Positions 10,670-23,264 are shown, counted from the first letter of the stretch. The stretch: DNA of 30,453 bases from Malacoraja senta (GCA_038087875.1 JAXLNO010000237.1:62001-92453); one strand, 5' to 3'. Notes: generated by a model from the letters alone, not told the origin. A program made the numbers and translations.

Positions 10670-10756
10670 TTGCCACAATAGTTAGGCCTTGTTTTCTGAA
10701 ACAGACGAAAGCATGCACTTATCTGAAGCCCTTTTGGCTTCATTGTTTTAATTAAT

Positions 10757-11185
<429 letters not shown>

Positions 11186-11234
11186 TCAGCAAGGGAACTA
11201 CATCAAGGACAAAATTACTTGTGTTTAAATCGTG

Positions 11235-11710
11235 CCTCTTACGACCTCAGGATATGACCAAATAAGTCCTTGTTATATAGGAAATTTAGCAACCAAACAT
11301 CACGCAATCAGCAATAAGTTAATGAACAGGCAATTAGTTCCAACAATGACGTGTGGCAAAATGACCAGGGCACTGGGGAGAACAGCTGTGCTCCTCGAAA
11401 TTAATTTCTGGGAACCTTTACATCCACTTGAGAAAGCAGGTGTGACCCCAGTCTAATATAATATAGAAATGTATGAATTAGGAATAGGTTATTCAACCTC
11501 ATGAGCCTGCTCTGCCATTTATTAGGACTACGATTGGTCTGAATGTAATCTTAATTTCCCCCACTCTCATCTAACTGTGGGAAAGTTTCACCCCTTTGTT
11601 CACCAGCTATGTACCCCTCCCTCCACACTGCTCTGGTGTGGTCATTGATCTATTTTTTTATTTCTGTAGCTTGAACCTATAAATCTGGTGAGAGTGTCAT
11701 CACTGAAGAG
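11235..11710 (-). mobile_element. Old DeuSINE (SacSINE1-like) relic, interrupted by a CR1 tail fragment at about 11465-11610
   Basis: CCAGGGCACTGGGGAGAACAGCTGTGCTCCTCGAAA..GGGAACCTTTACATCCACTTGAGAAAGCAG resembles the reverse complement of the Deu domain as recalled. Heavily diverged. Confidence 0.5.
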
Positions 11711-11956
11711 CAGTAGTATGCAAAGGGAGCATTGATCCATAATAGGACCTTAACAAGATGGTCTTGATTTGCCAGCCCATGTACCTTGAATGCAATTCCA
11801 ATCCATTAGAACTGGATTTTTCCAAAGTCCACATTCATTTAGTTTATTATTGTCACATGTACCGCTGAACAGTGAAAAGCTTTTTGTTGCACGATCTCCA
11901 GTCAGCGAAAAGACTATACATGATAACAATCAAGCAGTCTGAAGTGTACAGATACA

Positions 11957-12896
11957 TACATATAGATACATAGAAAATAGGTGCAGGAGTAGGCCATTCG
12001 GCCCTTCGAGCCTGCAACGCCATTCAATATGATCATGGCTGATCATCCAACTCAGTATCCCGTACCTGCCTTCTCTCCATACCCCCTGATCCCTTTAGCC
12101 ACAAGGGCCACATCTAACTCCCTCTTAAATATAGCCAATGAACTGGCCTCAACTACCCTCTGTGGCAGAGAGTTCCAGAGATTCACCACTCTCTGTGTGA
12201 AAACGTTTTTTCTCATCTCGGTCTTAAAAGATTTCTCCCTTATCCTTAAGCTGTGACCCCTTGTCCTGGACTTCCCCAACATCGGGAACAATCTTCCTGC
12301 ATCTAGCCTGTTCAACCCCATAAGAATTTTGTACGTTTCTATAAGATCCCCTCTCAATCTCCTAAATTCTAGCGAGTATAAGCCAAGTCTATCCAGTCTT
12401 TCTTCATATGAAAGTCCTGACATCCCAGGAATCAGTCTGGTGAACCTTCTCTGCACTCCCTCTATGGCTATAATGTCCTTCCTCAGATTTGGAGACCAAA
12501 ACTGTACGCAATACTACAGGTGTGGTCTCACCAAGAACCTGTACAACTGCAGTAGAACCTCCCTGCTCCTATACTCAAATCCTTTTGCTATGAAAGCTAA
12601 CATACCATTCGCTTTCTTCACTGCCTGCTGCACCTGCATGCCTACTTTCAATGACTGGTGTACCATGACACCCAGGTCTCGCTGCATCTCCCCTTTTCCT
12701 AATCGGCCACCATTTAGATAATAGTCTGCTTTCCTGTTTTTGCCACCAAAGTGGATAACCTCACATTTATCCACATAATACTGCATCTGCCAAACATTTG
12801 CCCACTCACCCAGCCTATCCAAGTCACCTTGCAGTCTCCTAGCATCCTCCTCACAGCTAACACTGCCCCCCAGCTTAGTGTCATCCGCAACCTTGG
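11957..12896 (-). mobile_element. 5'-truncated CR1-clade (HER1-like) LINE inserted in an older LINE 3' UTR
   Basis: ADDTKLGG, LQGDLDRL, RDLGV, LYRFLVRPHL, QRRFTRLIPG, RRLRGDLIETYK and TRGHSL motifs, 3' UTR with (CATAGA..)n tail, and a probable TSD AGATACA (11950-11956 / 12897-12903). Confidence 0.92.
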
Positions 12897-12911
12897 AGAT
12901 ACAGTGTAAAG

Positions 12912-13123
12912 GGTAGACAAAAATGCTGGAGAAACTCAGCGGGTGAGGCAGCATCTATGGAGCGAAGGAAATAGGCAACGTTTCGGGTCGAGACCTTCTT
13001 CAGACCCTTCTCAACCCGAAACGTTGCCTATTTCCTTCGCTCCATAGATGCGGCCTCACCCGCTGAATTTCTCCAGCATTTTTGTCTACCTTCGATTTTC
13101 CAGCATCTGCAGTTCCTTCTTAA
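12912..13123. mobile_element. Penelope-like fold-back element (subfamily A)
   Basis: About 78-bp near-perfect inverted arms (12912-12990 / 13012-13090), hammerhead-like core on the minus strand at 13003-12977, imperfect TSD ACAGTGTAAAGG / ACAGTATAAGGG. Confidence 0.8.
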
Positions 13124-14094
13124 ACAGTATAAGGGGTATAATGTTTAGTGCAAGATAAAGTCCAGTAAAGTCAGATTAAAGGTATTTTGCAGGTCTCCAA
13201 TGAGGTAGATGGGAGTTCTGGACCGCTCTCTAGTTGGTGTGTGCAGAAACCCATTAATATATAGTAGGTGTGGACGTCTTTGTAAGTGCACTATTCTCTG
13301 CACATTGAAGGGCCACAGTATTAGTGGTTAAAACATCCTTGACTGTTGAATACATTTTGTTGTTTACATTCTGCAGTTTGTATGTTTCCAACAGTGAATA
13401 CTACAGGTCCAAATTTGAAACTGGGACTGTTCTTACTTGTCTATGTTCTGAATTTATTGAAATACGAGAAGATGGGATTTTAAATTTTGTACAAGGGCGT
13501 GTTAACTGCTATTGAGTTAATTGATGAGGCAAGCATGCAGAATTTCCTCTAAGCTTCTGCAAAACTATATTAAAAAAACCTTTGGGGAAAAAAATGAAAT
13601 GTGCCTTTGGAAAACTTAAATAATGTGTTATTGATGATTAGTCACAAACCCTGAAATTTAACAGAAACCCCCCAATCTCCAGGCACAATCTAAGAAACTG
13701 CTGGAAAAAATGTAAAAAGTGAATTGGTTTCCTGGATATATCTGTTCATCACCTGCTGGGGTTGCAAGGTGCAGTGGATAACCTTGTGATGTAAATTTAT
13801 TAGATATCACTATAGTCACTTTTGTATGGAAGACATTTTGTTGGGGATATTTATCCATGGTAGTATTTTATCATTTCAGCCAAATTGCCTCTTTTATTGG
13901 GGTATTCATTTTTTAAAAGCAGCAATATTGACTTTGCTTTCCATTTTGGTACAAAGTTAAGGGCTACCATTAATATTTGTACAGAAGGCGTGAGATAGAG
14001 GTGCAGCAAAGATGCAATACACAGCAATTAAGATATAATGAGACCTGCAACCTTTTTGTTTTAATTGATATAAAATGGAAAGCAACCCTCAATG

Positions 14095-14373
14095 AGGACA
14101 AGGACAAACAGACTCAAAAACAGTTTTTATCCCACAGCAATAAATACACTTAATGTAGCCACCAAATGAGTACAGGTGTGCTACACACCAAAGGGACTGT
14201 GAAATCGACAGAAGAATGTGTTTTTTTTCATGTTATTTATTTTAGTTGTTTATCTTAGACTTTTGCTCTAAGAAAATGTGTGAATGGTGCACAGACTGGT
14301 TGGCATTTCTAATTCCGTTGTACATGTTTACATGTTATAATGACAATAAAGTATTCATTCATTCATTCATTCA
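14095..14373 (+). mobile_element. Rex1/Babar-type LINE 3' end
   Basis: RTRTNRLKNSFYPTAI-like ORF end, ACAATAAAG and an (ATTC)n tail. Confidence 0.7.
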
Positions 14374-15878
14374 GAGAACTGTGTGAAAAATATATTATTT
14401 CAACTGATTAATCTGTGCTGGCAATAAAGATAAACTAGGCAGAAATTACATTTTCATTGTCTTTGCTTTATGAATGCCTTGCACGGCTTTCAAAATCTTC
14501 ACATAGATTACAGACAATTTATTTGAGGGATGTGTTGGTCAGTGGTGTAACAATGATAACACAGTAGACATTGGTAAGTTTTAATACCTTTGAGCCTGCA
14601 AGAGATATTAATAACAATTTCTACTTAATTCACTTTATAATAATTTTTTGAATGACCAGAAATGTGGTTTTGCAACACACTGATAAACTTACACAAAAAT
14701 AACATGATCTGAGCAAAAACATTAAACTCTAGTACTAAAAGTGCAATATTTACAACCGAGTGTCCACTCTCTTCTCTATGGTATTTTAAGTGTGTGTTCG
14801 AACCATTTTTAAAGCACTTTTCTCCCTTGTTGCCAGGTTTCAGCAAGTCTGAGCAGTCAATTGCAATTCCTTTGTTTATAGCCAGTTCTGGTCTAGCCTA
14901 TATTTGTCATTGCTAAATTTAATATCACAGTCCGATCTGTAGTCAACTCTAGTTAAGACCACTGACAATAACCCATCGGTTAAATTCTATATTCTTGTGT
15001 TTCACGGTTGATTCGAGTTTAGCTGCTTGCCATCTTCCTCCAGACAGCTGTAACAATATTAATAAGGAGTTCAAACTCAATACGCCACTGTCTAGCCTTT
15101 CCTGAGGAGGGTTTAATCTTGCAGATATTATCTCACATCTGAAGGGAGGATATGATGATGTGGTCCAAGGAAATAGTGGTGTGCATCATTTCAGCCAAGC
15201 TGGAGTCTAGACTAGGAGGCTCTCCACAAGGCATGAGGTCACCCTTATGTTGCAATCCACAGAACACCGAGTTCCATTGGTAATTATATCTACAATCCAC
15301 TCTTGCATCAAAACTCTTGGCTGGAAAGAATGGCCAATAGTTTCCATATTCACTTGTTCCTCATAGCCTACAAAGCTGTGCTACTCTGATGTATACGTTG
15401 CACCAGAGGAAAGGAAGAACTAATTCTCAGCCTGTTGCTCCTCTGGTCTGGATGACGGGGTGGGAGAGACACTGCAGTTAGAGCTGCTACAACTGCCCCA
15501 TGAACGAGGGGGCTGTATAGCAATGAGAATGAATGGCATCTCTCCTGGGGCAAGTTGAGGCCATCAGTCCTCTTCCACTATGACCCTCTGTTGCTCTGAA
15601 TCTGTATGTGGTGGTGTTCCCATGTGTTTATATTCCTTGCTCTCGATGGAGGAGAGTGTGTGTGTTTGGGAGATGCTGTCAGAGTGACCTAGTAGAGTAA
15701 CTGCAAACATTCCTGGAACAAAAGTTTTAGGGTGGTATATGTTCAGCACAAAAACATTGTGGGCCGAAGGGCCCGTTCCTGCGCTGTACTGTTCTATGTT
15801 CTAATTAAATCCTGGATGAATCAACTGGGGTGGTTGATCTACTTTTCCAGACAAGGTAAAAGTATTCCTTCATATACA

Positions 15879-16071
15879 GTAGACAAAAATGCTGGAGAAA
15901 CTCAGCAGGTGAGGAAGCATCTATGGAGTGAAGGAAATAAGCAACGTGGCTATCTGGACAACCCAAAACGTTGCCTATTTCCTACGCTCCATAGATGCTG
16001 CCTCAACCGCTGAGTTTCTCCAGCATTTTTGTCTACCTTCGATTTTCCAGCATCTGCAGTTCCTTCTTAAA
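15879..16071. mobile_element. Penelope-like fold-back element (subfamily A)
   Basis: Inverted arms of about 70 bp and a perfect 12-bp TSD CCTTCATATACA (15867-15878 / 16072-16083). Confidence 0.85.
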
Positions 16072-16409
16072 CCTTCATATACAATACTTTGTACTTTATA
16101 GCTGTACAACGTTTTGGGGGCATCAGAACATGAATCACCTAACACAGGACACTCTGCCAGATCTATTCTGATAGCCTCAGTATGTATGTGGCTGCTCCAG
16201 TTGTGTTTCTGGTCAAAAGCAAACTCTAGGATGTTGATAAGGGGAGATTCACCAATAGAGCAATAACTTTAATGCATTCTATAAAATATAGAATGTGTAT
16301 TATTTAAGCTCTTCGCCTTGTTTTTCCCTAAGCCTCAGCTTGAATTTCGGAGTGGAGAAGACGTAATGTTTTCTTGAGCGAATACTCCCCAATAGCTTCC
16401 TGAAGTCTG

Positions 16410-16782
16410 CAGGTCCACCATTGATTTTGTAACAACTGGTGGTCCGGAACCTCCTTTAATCCGGAAAAAATTACAAAAGCGCACTTTAAATACCCCCTGG
16501 AAGCCCCCCCCCCAAATGTGGCGCATTGACCAGGTGAGGTGTCTTATCATGACCTCAACTAGACCTCCGCGGTTGATCGGAGGGTCGAATTTGCCCCCTG
16601 TGGCCAGGCCTCTGAAACTCCAGCTTGGCCGGAGCCAGCAGATCCGTTCCTATAGCCGACTTCCAAGATCAATTTTGGGGGTCACTATCTCAGCCCCTGA
16701 GGCCCCGACCTCTGCTCTGGCAAAATGGATAATCCAGAAAGGCTCTGGAACGAAGGGTGCTTGAAAATCGGTGATGGACCTG
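16410..16782. mobile_element. Tc1/mariner-superfamily (pogo/Tigger-like) MITE
   Basis: Termini CAGGTCCACCATTGATTTT and AAAATCGGTGATGGACCTG, flanked by TG and TA. A homologous copy starts at 22053. Confidence 0.7.
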
Positions 16783-17358
16783 TAATAACTTGGTGGAGCC
16801 ACACTCAGAATATTCAGTTTCATAAAAAATGTTGCATTCAGAAGCTGCTCCAAGTGAATAGTTCAAATGGAGATCAACAAGCTGAGAATTTTTATTTAAT
16901 TGCAACAACAAGATAAGAAAGTTCTATAATCTAATGAAATCTGTCAAGCACACTCTTGATTACTTTTTTTCTAGTGAGAATATAACAAGGATCAGGTAAA
17001 CTCAGCCAAGGGAGGCTACTGGTCAAAAGGGGGGAAATGGATTGCTGCAAGTAACTAACTGGCTGCCCCTTTCCTATATAAGGAAGAAAAATGGAAGAAT
17101 ACTAATGTTAAATAACATGAAACAGCAAAATAAAAACAATAGAAATTGCTCCCAAGTTCCCATGTAATGTTGACCTACATAAAATAGTTACCTACTCATT
17201 ACTTGTCCTTGTATCATAAAACAAAGTATCATGGCAGCTCATGTTTCCCTTTCCCAGTATCTCCTCCGAGTCGATGGATCTATATTCTAGAGTTTAGGGT
17301 AGAATGTAGGAGATTCAAGTTCCACCAGAACAGTTCAAAGGGACTTCAGCTTGAAACA

Positions 17359-17503
17359 TTAAAGAAGTAACTGCAGATGCTGGAAAATCGAAGGTAGACA
17401 AAAATGCTGGAGAAACTCAGCGGGTGAGGCAGCATCTATGGATCGCTCCTTCGCTCCATAGATGCTGCCTCACCCGCTTAGTTTCTCCAGCATTTTTGTC
17501 TAC
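17359..17503. mobile_element. Penelope-like fold-back element (subfamily A, centre deleted)
   Basis: Inverted arms of about 48 bp and a 15-bp TSD CTTCAGCTTGAAACA / CTTCAGCCTGAAACA (17344-17358 / 17504-17518). Confidence 0.85.
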
Positions 17504-17608
17504 CTTCAGCCTGAAACAATCTGTTTCTCGTCCCACAGTTGCAGCCTAACCAGTTGAGATTTTCAGGCATTTTCAACTTTTATTTTTAGATTCCCAGCCT
17601 GTGCAGTT

Positions 17609-17850
17609 TTAGACAATAGACAGTAGGTGCGGGCATAGGCCATTCGGCCCTTTCGAGCCAGCACCGCCATTCAATGTGATCATGGCTGATCATCCCCAAT
17701 CAGTACACCGTTCCTGCCTTCTCCCCATATCCTCTGACTCCGCTATCTTTAACAGCCCTATCTAGCTCTCTCTTGAAAGTATCCAGAGAACTGGCCTCCA
17801 CCGCCCTCTGAATTCCACAGACTCACAACTCTGTGTGAAAAAGTGTTTTC
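17609..17850 (-). mobile_element. CR1 (HER1-like) 3' fragment
   Basis: Reverse complement of the 3' end at 24580-24820, including the (CTATTGT)n tail. Confidence 0.85.
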
Positions 17851-17994
17851 TGTTTTGATTGTCACTATCTTGGATTTCTTAGCCTCTATTAAGCTGGTTG
17901 TGATGGGTTCTGGAATCACTTTTTGTACATTCTTACGGAGAAGGGGAAAAAGATAAACTTGCATGCTTGCTGTTGTTTACTAATTATTTTATTA

Positions 17995-18187
17995 GTGATA
18001 GGAGCACAATCAGGCCATTCAGCCCATCAAGTCTACTCCATCATTCAATCATAGCTGATCTACCTTTCCCTCTTAACCCTATTGTCCTGCCTTCTCCCCA
18101 TAACCCCTTGACACCCGTACTAATCAAGAATCAATCTATCTCAGTCTTAAAAATATCCATTGACTTGGCCTCCACAGCCTTCTGTGG
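17995..18187 (-). mobile_element. CR1 3' fragment
   Basis: AGGCCATTCAGCCCATCAAG..CCTGCCTTCTCCCCATAACCCCTTGACACC tail homology. Confidence 0.75.
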
Positions 18188-19249
18188 TATTTATGGGAGC
18201 ATGCATGCATATATTTCAAGGCAGGACTAGAATCAGCATATTATTGTGAAAGGCATTTAGGTATTCCCAAAGCAGCCTGAAAACAATAGGTTCACAATGC
18301 CTGTGGAAGCTTGTCACGACCTTTTGTACCAGGCAGAAAGGAGAATTGGACGAGGGGGGAAAAAAAATTACAATTCCAAAGCTAAGTCACGAGAACTATG
18401 CAGCTCCTTGTCTTCCCTCTAGCATTTTCACTGTTGACATTTTGATTCTATCCCGGGGTCAAAGGAAAGTTAGACATCTTATTTGCTGTGTCAAACAGGC
18501 TGAAAGACTCTTCTTTATCCAAATCCATCTTGTGATTTATTTACTGGCAGAAGTTGAAAGAATATCCATTAAGTCTTAATTTCTGAAAAATCCCAGCATC
18601 ACATGGATGCGTTTTCATTCCATTCACTGGCTATCATATGCCCTACCATTTCAAATTTACAGCTAATGACAGAAAATATCTTACTAAACACTGGATTGCT
18701 GCAGGCCAATAATCAAGCTTTTCATAAAATATCTGACTTTCTCCTCTTTCCTTGGGGCCACTATGTATTCCTCTGCCAAGTTGTGCAAGATTTGCACCAG
18801 CAATAAGCCAACAGGAAATGCTTCAGATTTCTTTCAGGATAATAGTCTTTCTCAGAAGGAAAAAAATATCCAACCTATTAAAATTGGATACTGAGTGCTG
18901 ATTACCCCTGCCTATTATTTGAGGGATATACCAATTGATCTATTATTTTTGGGCTGTGCGTGCATGTTATTTTACATAACAAATCTTCCTTGACAAGTAT
19001 TCTAATCGAGGTATACAAGGTATTTTAGGATAACCTTTCTGATATAACTCCAGTAAATTTTGTCCTTTATTATCAGGCAAAGGAAGATAGGTTTCATTTA
19101 TCAGATAAATAGCCCACTCACTATCAAACATAAACCAGCTGTGAAAGAAACTTCCTAAGAGCTAAGCATGGGAACTCATCATGAGGAGATGTAGAGAATA
19201 ATATACAGATGTTTCCCCACCTCCGCTGGGGGGGTGCGCAAGATATCAG

Positions 19250-19790
19250 TTTGCAGTGAGATAGGGTGGTGATGAAGGCATAAGGCTTGCTCGCCTTCAT
19301 AAATTGAGGCATACAAGGTTGGGATGTTATGCTGCAAATTTACAAGACACTGTTTGGATCTCACTTGGAGAACCGTTCATAAGTTCTGGGAGCAGAATTA
19401 GGCAATTCAGCCCATCAAGACTACATTCAACCATGGCTGATCTAACTTTCCCTCTCAACCTCATTCTCCTGGCTTCTCCCCATAACCCCGAATGTGTGCT
19501 GTTCACGTTGCCACACTATAGGTGAGAGTTCAGAGGAGATTCTGCAAGATGTTGCTTGGATTGGAGGACTTTATTTGTGGGGAGAGATTGTAAAAAGGTG
19601 AGTTTGTTTATCCCTCAGCAAAGGAAACAGGTTTGTCTGAAATTGAGAGAGTATAAACTTAAATAGGCATGGCATGAAAGGATACAGTCCTAATGTGGGC
19701 AAATGGGATCTGTGTAAATGGACAACTAGGTCAGCATGCATGTAGTGGCTGAAGGGCCTGTTTCTGTGCTGTCCAAATCTATGTAGGCTG
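19250..19790 (+). mobile_element. Degraded CR1 fragment with a nested minus-strand CR1 tail (about 19378-19490)
   Basis: Residual LAFIN..MLQIYKTL homology and a GGCTGAAGGGCCTGTTTCTGTGCTG tail. Confidence 0.6.
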
Positions 19791-19919
19791 AAATTAATGT
19801 GGACACAATGCAAACAGATGCCAGTATGTGCATTAGAAAACCGTGGAGGGGAACAGGAGTTGCTGCCTGCAGAGGTAAACTGAGATTAATTAAGAACTAT
19901 GAAAGGAAAAGAGGATATG

Positions 19920-19951
19920 CACACACACACACTCACTCACACACACACACA
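19920..19951. repeat. Imperfect (CA)n microsatellite
   Basis: CACACACACACACTCACTCACACACACACACA. Confidence 0.9.
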
Positions 19952-20115
19952 TGCACAAAGTGGCTGTAAAAAGCAAATACCGCTGCCTTTGAGAGTAATG
20001 TCAAAACCTGACAAGTGAGACTGATGATAATTGAGCAGAAATAGACATTTCATTGGATTCACAGACATTTATCCAGGTTAACTGGAAGCAGAGAAGGGAT
20101 CGTTCTTAAAACCAA

Positions 20116-20322
20116 TGTGCAGGAAAGAACTGCAGATGCTGGTTTAAGTCAAAAATAGACTCAAATTGCTGGAGTAACTCAGTGGGACAGCCTGAAGAAG
20201 GGTCTCGACCCGAAACGTCACCCATTCCATCTCTCCAGAGATGCTGCCTGTCCTGCTGAGTTACTCCAGCATTTTGTGTCTATCTTCGATTTAAACCAGC
20301 ACCTGCAGTTCTTTCCTACACA
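20116..20322. mobile_element. Penelope-like fold-back element (subfamily B) with the most intact hammerhead-like core
   Basis: Arms TGTGCAGGAAAGAACTGCAG... and ...CTGCAGTTCTTTCCTACACA, TSD TTCTTAAAACCAA (20103-20115 / 20323-20335). Confidence 0.85.
20192..20219 (+). ncRNA. Minimal type I hammerhead-ribozyme-like motif
   Basis: CTGAAGA, A, GGGTC-TC-GACCC, GAAA, C, GTC: both core boxes, stem II, palindromic ACGT in place of stem III, and a GUC triplet. Stem I is weak. Confidence 0.6.
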
Positions 20323-20907
20323 TTCTTAAAACCAATGCTGTTCACTATTTGGTAAACAGCACTGTTAGGTGGAAGCAAATCATACGTTTATATTGAACTT
20401 ACAGCAAAGAGTCTGGAACATTTGGACGGCTGAATTATGCAAAAGTTCACTGAAATCCAATGCGAATGGAAGATAAGTTCTATTCAAATAAATAGGTCAA
20501 ATTTTATCTTGACATCCCTCGAGCCCCAGGGAGATTAATCTCGCCTCGCCCATGAGCACAACAACTACAGTCAAATGTGCTTCATTTGCTTTACATTGTT
20601 TTGGGAAGTCCGAGGGATGTGAGAGGCAATGTAGAAATGCTAGTCTTTTTTCATTCTCATTTGGATTTCATTTTCATTTCATTCTCATTGCTTCTTCCAA
20701 ATTTCAGTATGCACCAGGGATTGCAGTGTAGAAAGTGAATTAATAGGCATGTGTGAAAAAATAATTTTCATGCCTGTTATTATATGTCTTGTTTTTCAAC
20801 TACATACGTAGATTGGAGCTGCCTCAGGGTGTACAACTGGTGCTCAAAACCTGCTGTTAATAATCTAGAGGCAGGCAGAACCATCCTTGTAGTCCTACCA
20901 CTGACTT

Positions 20908-21042
20908 GTGTCGGAAGGAACTGCAGATGCTGGTTGACACTGAAGATAGACACAAAATTCTGGAGTGACTCATAGGGTCAGGCAGCATCTCTGGAGAAAA
21001 GGAATAGGTGACATTTCGGGTAGAGACCCTTCTTCAAACTGG
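20908..21042 (-). mobile_element. Penelope-like element, single arm
   Basis: TSD CCACTGACTT (20898-20907 / 21043-21052) and a mutated hammerhead core at 21010-21038. Confidence 0.82.
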
Positions 21043-21167
21043 CCACTGACTTCACTGGGCAATTTTGGTCTGCATTGCGCTGGTATGCAGTGCATGATAA
21101 GACCCAGTCCAAATTCTAGTCCCTTGGTTCCCTAAGAGAACCTTAGTGAATTGCTACACACAGTGAT

Positions 21168-21390
21168 AACATGGTGGTACAGCTCCCACAGCTGCTGCCT
21201 CACAGTACCAGAGTCCCAAGTTCAATCCTAACCTTGGGTGCTGCCAGTGTGGAATTAGCACATTCTACTTCTTTCCTTTGGATGGTCCAGTTTCCATCCA
21301 CTTCATAAAGACCTGTTGGTTGCGATGTTAACTAGCCACTGTAAGTTCCCCCCAGTGTGCAGATGAGTGGTAGAATCAGGGGGTTGTTGA
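21168..21390 (+). mobile_element. Degraded tRNA-derived V-SINE
   Basis: GCTGCTGCCTCACAG..CAAGTTCAATCCTAACCTTGGGTGCTG, homologous to 27322-27628. Confidence 0.7.
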
Positions 21391-21407
21391 AAATGCTGGG
21401 CTTAATT

Positions 21408-21566
21408 TTGAATGTACGATAGCAGTTGCTGGTTTAAATGGAAGATAGACACAAAATGCTGGAGTAACTCGTCTGAAGAAGAGTCTCGACCCCAAATGTC
21501 ACCCATTCCTTCTCTCCAGAGATGCTGCCTATCCCGCCGAGTTACTCCAGCATGTTGTGTCTATCT
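21408..21566. mobile_element. Penelope-like fold-back element (subfamily B)
   Basis: Short inverted arms, degenerate hammerhead core at about 21473-21500, TSD TGGGCTTAATT (21397-21407 / 21567-21577). Confidence 0.78.
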
Positions 21567-22052
21567 TGGGCTTAATTCAGATGTGCCTCCGTAATCTAGT
21601 CATGGAAGTGAAAAGGCAGAAGAAAAACAACATGCTGGTAATTTTGTTTCGTCTTTCGTTCTTGACGGCTGCAATTCACACAACGCCTTCAATGCCATCT
21701 ACTATGGAACAAGGAATGTTCTGATCTAAAATCATAATGGAGTGAGCTGCGTGAGGTCATTATTTGTCAGAGATCCCTGCTGCCTGATAGACTGAGTTTT
21801 CTGCCAATTCTGAGATCTTGATTTTCAAATACCCATTTTCACAAATCAAGCAAATTATGTTTTGGCACATTGAAGGCAGTGATAAGTTTCATCATCGATG
21901 AAAGAATCTCACAGTGAATGTTTATTGTCAAAAAGCAGTGTAGTGAGGCAGGGGGAAGGTTGATAGAGGACCTTGACCATCAAGTCACAGAACTGTATAC
22001 GATGGAAACAGGCCCTTCAGCCCACCTTTACCATGCTGAGCAAGTTAACATA

Positions 22053-22370
22053 CAGATCCACCGTCGATTTTCCGGCAACTGATGGTCCAGCACCTCCCTT
22101 TAATCCGGACAAACTTACAAGAGCGCACTTGAAATACCCGCCAGAAGATCCCCGAAAATGTGGCAGTTAGGCTGGGTGAGACGGCCGGTCTCAACCTCAC
22201 CGGAACTTCTGCGGCCGATTGGCGGGTTGAATTTGCCCCCTGCTGCCGGGGCTCTGAAACTCCAGCCGAGCCAGAGCTAGCGGATCCATTCCCATAGCCA
22301 ACTTCCAAGGCTGACTTTGCAGGCCCTCTTGGCCCTCCGGCATCTTAGGGGGACCTGTTGTGCTATATAC
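22053..22370. mobile_element. Second copy of the pogo/Tigger-like MITE (right end not found), next to a CR1 tail at 21980-22050
   Basis: TA-CAGATCCACCGTCGATTTT..TTTAATCCGGA..GCGCACTT..GAATTTGCCCCCTG..CTCTGAAACTCCAGC aligns with 16410-16700. Confidence 0.7.
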
Positions 22371-22929
22371 ACGGCTGATTTGGTATCTCTCAGGTTAGCG
22401 GAGGTCAGCCTGGTAATCCTGCCAGAAAAGTGGCGTCTCACCCCCGTGGGCGGCTTCCAATCCAGCCCTCATCCATTTGGCTCACTAACCCTTATATATA
22501 GATATCTGGTCTGGGGGATTTGATTCCAGGTCTCATCCCTTTGTATGCTTTGTACCACTTAATGATTGCATATATTTGCAATTAGTTCTCTGGAGTAGAA
22601 GAATGGTACAGCCAGGAAGAGGTGTGCATTCAGCAAGGAGCTCGCCACACTGACACTTATTATTGGAGGTTACTAAGTCCTAATTGAGAAGACATTATAG
22701 TCATTAAGAGTTAATGAGCAGACGTAGTAACTAACCTTGCTGACAATGTGTACAGCATTACAAATTACTCTGGAAAGATTTTCAATTGAGGCCAGAAGGT
22801 GTCCAGTCACACGGGGATATGGTCTTGATCATTGAGAGTCTTCATCATTGATTGGCTAATGACAGGGTTTGAATGGAATAAACCTTTAATAAATGGGAAA
22901 ATAAATATTGTTGGATAAAAGTGACTCAC

Positions 22930-23084
22930 CTATGCTGAGGCTGATCGCAACACAGTTCCATGTTGGGCCTCTTGATTCTCTCCTCTAAGCGGGTCTGTGC
23001 CACCTTCATAGGAGCCTCCTTTTGCCTAATGGCCATCTTCAGCTCCTCAATGGTGCATTCCATTTGGAATATCTCTTGCAGAAC
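22930..23084 (-). CDS. TEKT5: Tektin (TEKT3/5 group, TEKT5-like), penultimate coding exon, 155 bp
   Basis: Translates to VLQEIFQMECTIEELKMAIRQKEAPMKVAQTRLEERIKRPNMELCCDQPQH(R), containing the tektin KVAQTRLE..RPN.ELC.D signature. Acceptor is ctgctttattccccAG|GTT at 23085/23084 and donor is CATAG|GTGAGT at 22930/22929 (phase 2). Residues KEAP, RPNM and PQ resemble TEKT5 more than TEKT3 as I recall those proteins. Paralog identity is less certain than the tektin call. Confidence 0.9.
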
Positions 23085-23264
23085 CTGGGGAATAAAGCAG
23101 AGATCATGCACCATCCCATCTGGCTGCTTACCAAATCTCAACCAAAAGCAAATATTGGCTTATCCATGGTCCAAGAATATTCATTACAGCAGAGGATTAG
23201 TCAAGCAGCCTCTAACTCCATTCTAACATAGGCTTTCTTTACCTCTACACACCAGCATCTGTTA

